Below are positions 58,489 through 64,000 of a stretch of 64,000 bases of DNA, piece after piece. How positions within the stretch are numbered: position 1 is the first letter of the stretch; every line of letters starts with the position of its first letter. The position numbers and the translations under genes are program-made. The DNA is taken from NCBI GenBank assembly GCA_030604405.1, contig JAUVVY010000004.1:86853-150852 (forward strand), given 5' to 3'. The notes beneath the pieces are model-generated. The model ran no database searches, had not been told where the DNA came from, and saw only the letters and a list, made by a program, of their open reading frames with translations. Source of the stretch: a bacterium (GTDB lineage Bacteria; Armatimonadota; Zipacnadia; Zipacnadales; UBA11051).

Positions 58489-58991
58489 TTGCGATATCTC
58501 CTGTTCGCCTCGATGGCATTTTCGCGGCCGCGGCTGTGGCAGATGGCCAGCGCCAGGGCGTCGGTGATGTCAGCCGGCCTGGGCGGCTGCCCGAGAGACA
58601 AGAGCTCGCAGACCATGCGCCCGACCTGCTCTTTGGAGGCTCGTCCGCTGCCGGTCAGGGACTTCTTGACCTTTGACGCCTCGTACTCGCGCACCGGTAT
58701 GCTCGCAGCAGCGGCAGCCAGGCAGATGACCCCGCGGGCGTGGCCCATGAGTATCGCGGTTTGCGGGTGGCGGTACTTGGCGTAGAGCCGCTCGACCACC
58801 GCCACCTCAGGCTGCAATTCCCGCAGCACCTCGAGCATGCCCTCGTAGATAGACAGCAGGCGCAGTTCCAGTGGCGCCTCGGCGTCAGTGCGCACCACAC
58901 CGCCCTCGACGAGTGTGCATTTGCCGTCGGCGACCTCGACGACGCCGTAGCCTGTGCACTGCAGCCCCGGATCTATTCCGATAATCCGCAT
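58485..58991 (-). CDS. ruvC: crossover junction endodeoxyribonuclease RuvC
   Basis: MRIIGIDPGL.CTGYGV, ...VVERLY, DALALAICH motifs (RNase-H-like catalytic residues). Confidence 0.9.
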   Translation of the reverse strand: MRIIGIDPGLQCTGYGVVEVADGKCTLVEGGVVRTDAEAPLELRLLSIYEGMLEVLRELQPEVAVVERLYAKYRHPQTAILMGHARGVICLAAAAASIPVREYEASKVKKSLTGSGRASKEQVGRMVCELLSLGQPPRPADITDALALAICHSRGRENAIEANRRYRN

Positions 58992-59082
58992 GATAGCGAG
59001 TCGTTAGGCTTCTTGGGAGTGAGATAGTTGTGCATGAAGGACAATAGACAAGCACATAGGCACACAGCAACAAAGCTGAAAG

Positions 59083-59619
59083 CTACGGCAGCCAATTTAG
59101 CCGTTGGAGTTCTTCGTAAGCTTCCGAGATTTGAGTGCGACTTACTTTGGGCTTCAAACGCATAACGGCATTGCTGATCTCCTCACGAGTTTGGTTGTCA
59201 CTCCGTTGTGCAACGAAATGGATAGTAGCAAGCAGGCCCAATTCTGGAGCACTGCGCCCCAAAAGGCAATCAATGACCTCGTTAACTTGCCGTGGCAACC
59301 TGTCTATATCTGCTTCGTTTTCCGTAAGAAGTTCTCCTGTGGCGCGTGTAATTTGGATTCTGTGGTCTCTACGATGTGTGTCATCAATCTCCGTGTACCC
59401 TAATACATTAGACAGGGAAAGATGGGCAGCTAGATCTCTGGAAAATGGGCCGTAGTAGTCAATTGCGAACCGATAATCTGATGGTAACCCACCAACTTCT
59501 TGTGCGAAGTAAACGAGCTTCTGGAAGCGCGTCTTGTTCAGATATTCTTCCCGTTGCCGTGCTCTGTTGGCGACGTACAACGCATAGACCCAGTTATCAT
59601 CTACGAAAGTTGGCTTCAT
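59083..59619 (-). CDS. Panacea-domain (DUF4065) protein, putative antitoxin or sensor partner
   Basis: 178 aa. KTRFQKLVYFAQEVGG...YRFAIDYYGPFSRDL matches the Panacea/DUF4065 signature (KLQKLLYFA ... YGPV). Start ATG at 59617..59619 overlaps the stop of the upstream HD gene as ATGA. Low GC. Confidence 0.6.
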   Translation of the reverse strand: MKPTFVDDNWVYALYVANRARQREEYLNKTRFQKLVYFAQEVGGLPSDYRFAIDYYGPFSRDLAAHLSLSNVLGYTEIDDTHRRDHRIQITRATGELLTENEADIDRLPRQVNEVIDCLLGRSAPELGLLATIHFVAQRSDNQTREEISNAVMRLKPKVSRTQISEAYEELQRLNWLP

Positions 59620-60860
59620 TGTGGTTCCCTCCATAGGCGGATTATATCCTGTTCTATATCCCTCTCGCAATACAGCCGGCGTTGTGAAATAGGACGGAGA
59701 AGCGTGATAAGAGCAGAACATTCCTGAATCGGCTGGGGCACCCCGGTGGTCTCGTCAATAACCAAGAAATTGGCTTCTTCGAAGTTGTGCAGGGCCTTTT
59801 CGGGACTATCGACCCACAAATTCGGGGTGTACTTCTCTGGCAATTTGGCTATGCATCCATCAAAATGTGTGAGCTCCGTACTATCTGCGTGCTCAAACGT
59901 CTCGCGAAAAAGCTTCATGTGTTGGCGATGCGTAATCTTATGCACATCTTCATCACCGGGATTATTAGTCATCCAAGTAATAATGCGGGCATCATTGCAT
60001 TGAAGGTACTTGGATGTGTCGGTGGGATATTTTTCAAGGCCTTCGGCCTTTAGCACCTTGCGAATCACATTTCCAAGATGGTAGTCCAAAGCTCTCCTGG
60101 TCTTGTGAAAATACACCTGTGTGAACATGAAGTAGCGGGCCAAAATCATTTCTTCCGCAGCATGTACCCCTCCTGCCTCAATACCCAGTAGCGGGCCCTG
60201 CTCTTCATCTTTATCAGAGGCTGGAGGAATTGTGAGCGAATGGACCAACCTTGGATAATTGAAACGCCCACAGTTGAGGCCGATATGATGGCTGTCACGC
60301 GAGAGATAATCCATCCGATCGGCGTCTAAGTCGCCAGAAATCAACTGGTGCATCAAGGGGCCGAGTCTGGACGTACTTTCGCCAGTAAGTGTGTCACATA
60401 CTTCGCTGGCGGTTATGCCATATGGGTTAAGTTTGCTGTCGTCGAGAAGTGAAGAGTATTCATCTCTTATGATCCTACAACTAAACTCTTCATGTGGCAT
60501 CGGCATGAGATCGTGTGTCTCGCTTGCGTGAGAGAACGGTGCATGCCCGACGTCATGAAGTAATGCGGTGATCCGGAGTATCTGTTTGGCGCGCCCAATG
60601 TCCTCTTCATCTGGGGCATACGGCTTGAGGCAGTGTTTGCGTTCAAGTGTTTCAAACATGTCTGTGGCAAATTGCATCACTCCAAGCGAGTGAGCAAATC
60701 TGGAATGCTCCCCGCTGGGGTAGACGCAGTAGCTCATGCTAAGTTGTCGAATATGGTGTAGCCTTTGAAATGGGGCTGAGTCCACAATCTGTGTTTCCAG
60801 CTCATTCAGGGCGATATTGCCGTGAATAGCATCCCAAACAGTAACCGGTATTGCACTCAT
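59616..60860 (-). CDS. HD-domain dNTP triphosphohydrolase (SAMHD1/Dgt-like)
   Basis: FQRLHHIRQLSMSYCVYPSGEHSRFAHSLGV matches the SAMHD1/Dgt motif FQRLRxIxQLG....V.P.A.H.RFEHSLGV. LLHDVGHAPFSHASE matches CHDLGHGPFSH. 414 aa. Low GC. Confidence 0.75.
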   Translation of the reverse strand: MSAIPVTVWDAIHGNIALNELETQIVDSAPFQRLHHIRQLSMSYCVYPSGEHSRFAHSLGVMQFATDMFETLERKHCLKPYAPDEEDIGRAKQILRITALLHDVGHAPFSHASETHDLMPMPHEEFSCRIIRDEYSSLLDDSKLNPYGITASEVCDTLTGESTSRLGPLMHQLISGDLDADRMDYLSRDSHHIGLNCGRFNYPRLVHSLTIPPASDKDEEQGPLLGIEAGGVHAAEEMILARYFMFTQVYFHKTRRALDYHLGNVIRKVLKAEGLEKYPTDTSKYLQCNDARIITWMTNNPGDEDVHKITHRQHMKLFRETFEHADSTELTHFDGCIAKLPEKYTPNLWVDSPEKALHNFEEANFLVIDETTGVPQPIQECSALITLLRPISQRRLYCERDIEQDIIRLWREPQ

Positions 60861-60935
60861 CCTCTTTTTCTGCTACGTGTTCACACGAACTATTTTACAT
60901 ATTCAACCAAGCTGTGTGGATACCCTCTTATTATA

Positions 60936-60955
60936 CATAGAACATTTGTTCTATG
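60936..60955. promoter_or_regulatory. perfect 9-bp inverted repeat (putative operator) upstream of the HD-dNTPase operon
   Basis: catagaaca-tt-tgttctatg, about 75 bp upstream of the HD gene start, inside an AT-rich divergent promoter region (60861..61149). Confidence 0.5.
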
Positions 60956-61149
60956 TCAAGCATATATCGGGTTCTGCTTCATACAAAGCCAATCATAAGT
61001 CACAGATTCCGATTGCACTACAACGTACATATAGCATCAGGTGTTTCAGCGAATGAATGAGGCTTTGTTGCCATACGTTGGGAGGTTAGAGACTAGACAC
61101 CCAGAATATACGAAATGTAGTCTGCGACTTCTGACTAGCTCGATGGACA

Positions 61150-62376
61150 GTGATTCAGGAAATGCTGTTTGTTTGCGATCTGCATGTGCATATTGGGCGG
61201 GCGAGTACCGGGGAGGCCGTCAAGATCACTGCCGCTCGTGATCTGACCTTCGAAAATATCGCCAAAGAGGCCGCCGAGCGCAAGGGCATTGATATCGTCG
61301 CGGTGATAGACTGTGCCTCGCCGCCGGTCATCGCCGACATCGAGGCGTGCCTGGACAGTGGCGAGATGGAAGAAACTCACGGCGGCGGGCTGCGCTACCG
61401 CGACCAGGTCACGATGATTCTCGGCGCTGAGATCGAGACCCGTGAGAAAACCGGCGGCATGTCGCACCATCTAAGCTATTTCCGCAGCCTGCAGCAGTTG
61501 AAGCAATTCTCCCAGACGCTGAGCCAACATGTCACCAATATCAACCTGTCGTCGCAGGCCTGTGGGCTGACCGCGCGCGAGCTTTTCACTGTAGCCGACG
61601 ACTGCGGAGCGTTCTTTGTCCCGGCGCATTGCTTCACCCCGCACAAGAGCCTTTACGGGGCATGCACCGACAGCATGACGGCAATATTCGGCGAGGCATG
61701 GGAGCAGATCCCGGCAATTGAGCTCGGCCTGTCGGCGGATGCTTACCTGGCCGACCGCATCGCAGAGCTTGCGGACAAGAGCCTGCTGGCCAATTCGGAT
61801 GCTCATAGTCTGCCCAGGATCGGCCGGGAGTACAACCTCATCGAGATGCAATCCGCCTCGTATGACGAGCTGTTGATGGCGCTGTCGCGGCAGGAGGGGC
61901 GGCACGTGGCGGCGAACTTCGGCCTTGACCCGCGCTTAGGGAAATACCACCGCACCTACTGCGAGGCCTGCGGGCATATCGCAGCAGGCGAGCCGCCGGT
62001 GCAGATATGCGAGCGCTGCGGCAGTCACAACATCACGCGCGGCGTGCTGGACCGCATCGTGCAGATAGCCGACTACGATGAGCCGCAGCAGCCCTCCCAC
62101 CGAGGGCCATACCAGTACCAGGTGCCGCTGCAGTTCGTCCCTGGCGTCGGCACCGTGACACTCAACCGGCTGATCAACCGTTTCGGCAGCGAGATGGCCG
62201 TCCTGCACCAGGCCACTCGCGAGGAACTCGGGCAGACCGTCGGACAGAAGAGGGCGGAGCTGATAATCCAGGCCCGCGAGGGGACGCTGCCGCTGCAGGC
62301 CGGCGGCGGTGGCAGGTACGGCCGCGCCCTTACCGAAAGGGACACCGGCCAGATGAGCTTGCCGGGGATATCTTGA
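61150..62376 (+). CDS. EndoQ-like (TIGR00375 family) PHP-domain nuclease with zinc ribbon
   Basis: N-terminal MLFVCDLHVHIG PHP motif, further His/Asp ladder (AHCFTPH, NSDAHS), zinc ribbon CEACGH...CERCGSHN. About 400 aa. Confidence 0.5.
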   Translation: MIQEMLFVCDLHVHIGRASTGEAVKITAARDLTFENIAKEAAERKGIDIVAVIDCASPPVIADIEACLDSGEMEETHGGGLRYRDQVTMILGAEIETREKTGGMSHHLSYFRSLQQLKQFSQTLSQHVTNINLSSQACGLTARELFTVADDCGAFFVPAHCFTPHKSLYGACTDSMTAIFGEAWEQIPAIELGLSADAYLADRIAELADKSLLANSDAHSLPRIGREYNLIEMQSASYDELLMALSRQEGRHVAANFGLDPRLGKYHRTYCEACGHIAAGEPPVQICERCGSHNITRGVLDRIVQIADYDEPQQPSHRGPYQYQVPLQFVPGVGTVTLNRLINRFGSEMAVLHQATREELGQTVGQKRAELIIQAREGTLPLQAGGGGRYGRALTERDTGQMSLPGIS

Positions 62377-62398
62377 TGCAACGGAGAGTTACCAAGAC

Positions 62399-63352
62399 AT
62401 GACCCAGCGAATCTGCTACATCGGCGCCGGGAATTTCAGCAACGGTTTCATCTACCCGCAGCTTGCGCAGCATGATGTCGAGCTGGCGGCGGTGTGCGAC
62501 CTCATTGAGCAGAAGGCCCAGGCTGCGGCGGCCAAATTCGGCTTCCAGAATGTCTATACCGATTTCGAGAAGATGTGTGATGAGCAGGAGCCGGATGCGG
62601 TGTTCTGCGTAGGCGGGCCGCAGGTGCACTACGAGGTCGGGATGAAGATTATCGAGCGCGGGCTGCCACTGTACGTGCAGAAGCCGCCGGCCGGCACTTC
62701 AGAGCTCACCAGGCAGATGGCTGCGCTCGCCGAGCAGAACAGCACCGTCTGCCATGTCGGCTTCAACATGCGCTCCTCGGGCGCGGTCATGATGACGAAG
62801 GAGTTCATGGCCGGCGCTGACTTCGGCGACCCGACGCTGATGATCTATCGCTACGGCCTGGTGAGCGGCAGGGACTGGCGACACGCAATCTACGACCAGC
62901 ACTGCCACGCAGCCGACACGATGCTGTACCTGCTCGGCGAGGTGGAAAGCATCCACGTCGAGCCGCTTTTGCAGGAAGACGCGCGCGGCTACATAGCGGC
63001 GATGCGGATGAAAAACGGCGCGCTGGCAACGCTCAACACGACCTCCGAGCAGGACATGCGGGACGAGTTCATCTATTTTGAGATAACCGGGCGCAGCCAG
63101 CATTATGTAACCTCGCACGACGGCGATTTGCGCTACCATCGGCCGGATGGAGCAGACCTTTGCCTGCGAGCGGGGACGTACTATCCGGGGCGGCTGCTGG
63201 AGCATTTCGGCTATGTCGAGGACGTGCGCAATTTCCTGGCCGCGGCGCGCGGCGAGGAGCCAGACCGCTGTCCGGTGGCCGATACGATAAAGACAATGGC
63301 GCTTGTCGAGGAAATCTACAGACAGTGCCGAGAAAAGGGTGGTCCAGAATGA
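62399..63352 (+). CDS. Gfo/Idh/MocA family oxidoreductase
   Basis: ICYIGAGNFSNGFIYPQL, VQKPPA motifs. 317 aa. Confidence 0.7.
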   Translation: MTQRICYIGAGNFSNGFIYPQLAQHDVELAAVCDLIEQKAQAAAAKFGFQNVYTDFEKMCDEQEPDAVFCVGGPQVHYEVGMKIIERGLPLYVQKPPAGTSELTRQMAALAEQNSTVCHVGFNMRSSGAVMMTKEFMAGADFGDPTLMIYRYGLVSGRDWRHAIYDQHCHAADTMLYLLGEVESIHVEPLLQEDARGYIAAMRMKNGALATLNTTSEQDMRDEFIYFEITGRSQHYVTSHDGDLRYHRPDGADLCLRAGTYYPGRLLEHFGYVEDVRNFLAAARGEEPDRCPVADTIKTMALVEEIYRQCREKGGPE

Positions 63353-64000
63353 AATTTGCTGCGGGAATCCATGCCGTAACGGACTTTGGCAATGACACGA
63401 TACGTTTCTCAGACGCGCTGGCAATCATCACTGACTGCGGCTTCGACCGCGTGATGCTGGTGTCAGTGCCTGGCGGCCCGGTGCTGAGGCGGGGAGAGAC
63501 GCCGAATGGGGCGTTCTTGAACCTCGCCACATCGGACCTGGACCTCGTCGCCGGGCAATTGCGCAGGGCAGGTCTTGATGTCGAGGTTGTCCATGCCGCG
63601 GGCGTTGACGCAAGTACGGCCGAGGCGATGGATCAAAGCACTGACTGGCTGCAGGCCATTTCCGAGGCGGCGGCACAACTGGGCTGCCGCTACGTGGGGC
63701 ACAGTTGCGGAGCGGCCGGCGCGCCGGGGATGAGCACTGCGGACAAGCACGATCAGATCAACCGGCTGGCTGAGATCGTGGACGAAGTCGCCGCCACCAT
63801 GCCGGAGCTGCACTTCGCCGTGGACGTGCACTGTCACGGGACCGTGGAGAGCGTTGCCGACTGTGAGTATTATCTTGAGCAGCTTTCATCCACCAATGCC
63901 GGCATCCTGCTCAACACCGGCCACATGACCACCTGCAACCAGCCGGGCTGGGAGCTGGCGCAAAACTATCCGGATCGGACGCCCATTATCGGCTGGAAGG
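63349..64000 (+). CDS. sugar phosphate isomerase/epimerase (xylose-isomerase-like TIM barrel), 5' partial, continues past the window end
   Basis: ATG at 63349 overlaps the upstream stop (ATGA). The translation MKFAAGIHAVTDFGND...VDVHCHGTVES...NTGHM is open to 64000. It is not in the ORF track because no stop falls in the window. Confidence 0.6.
   Translation, partial: MKFAAGIHAVTDFGNDTIRFSDALAIITDCGFDRVMLVSVPGGPVLRRGETPNGAFLNLATSDLDLVAGQLRRAGLDVEVVHAAGVDASTAEAMDQSTDWLQAISEAAAQLGCRYVGHSCGAAGAPGMSTADKHDQINRLAEIVDEVAATMPELHFAVDVHCHGTVESVADCEYYLEQLSSTNAGILLNTGHMTTCNQPGWELAQNYPDRTPIIGWK

Noticed and set aside
1-64000. Searched for tRNA, rRNA, tmRNA, CRISPR and integrase/transposase genes
   Set aside because: No tRNA-like T-arm sequence turned up in the intergenic regions. 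There are no rRNA signatures and no repeat-spacer arrays. No tyrosine or serine recombinase or DDE transposase ORF was found, despite the att-like repeats and MITE-like elements.

Overview
This is a 64 kb, high-GC (about 60-65%) bacterial chromosomal segment, and essentially all of it is protein-coding. The gene content points to Planctomycetota or another PVC-type genome. The evidence is two proteins with a prepilin-type N-terminal methylation motif plus a DUF1559 H-X9-DG signature, at least seven Gfo/Idh/MocA oxidoreductases, five xylose-isomerase-like TIM-barrel proteins, three URO-D-family proteins, a sulfatase-family enzyme, a HEAT-repeat protein, and secreted carbohydrate-active enzymes. 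Recognisable housekeeping genes are carB, gdhA and a ruvC-ruvA-ruvB operon; a partial 2-oxoacid:ferredoxin oxidoreductase gamma-subunit gene sits at the 5' edge.

I found no rRNA, no tRNA and no CRISPR array.

The most interesting material is accessory and sits around the ruv operon:
- Downstream of ruvB, a low-GC islet carries an EVE/PUA-like protein, an N6-adenine methyltransferase and a BsuBI/PstI-like restriction endonuclease. It is bracketed by three imperfect copies of the ruvB 3' terminus, which looks like repeated integration at that site.
- Upstream of ruvC, a low-GC module encodes a SAMHD1/Dgt-like HD-domain dNTPase translationally coupled through an ATGA overlap to a Panacea-domain (DUF4065) protein. 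A perfect 9-bp inverted-repeat operator lies upstream. I regard this as a candidate toxin-antitoxin or anti-phage module.
- An EndoQ-like (TIGR00375) nuclease sits next to that module.

Two families of small structured repeats are present:
- A roughly 100-bp element with perfect 24-bp inverted-repeat arms, in three copies, each ending 17-20 nt before a ribosome-binding site and start codon.
- A roughly 250-330-bp MITE-like element, in two copies, with terminal inverted repeats and compensatory base changes in internal hairpins, each sitting upstream of a sugar-metabolism gene.

Other notable points:
- A 1265-aa secreted protein fuses a heparinase II/III-like domain, a CBM-like domain and a GDPD domain.
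- A glycyl-radical activating enzyme has no glycyl-radical enzyme partner in the window and sits next to a bacterial translin.
- Tandem sugar-isomerase paralogs show a gene-conversion tract at their 3' ends.

Many ORFs in the six-frame track are antisense or overlapping artefacts of the high GC content. Several real genes start at internal Met codons, and I have adjusted those starts.
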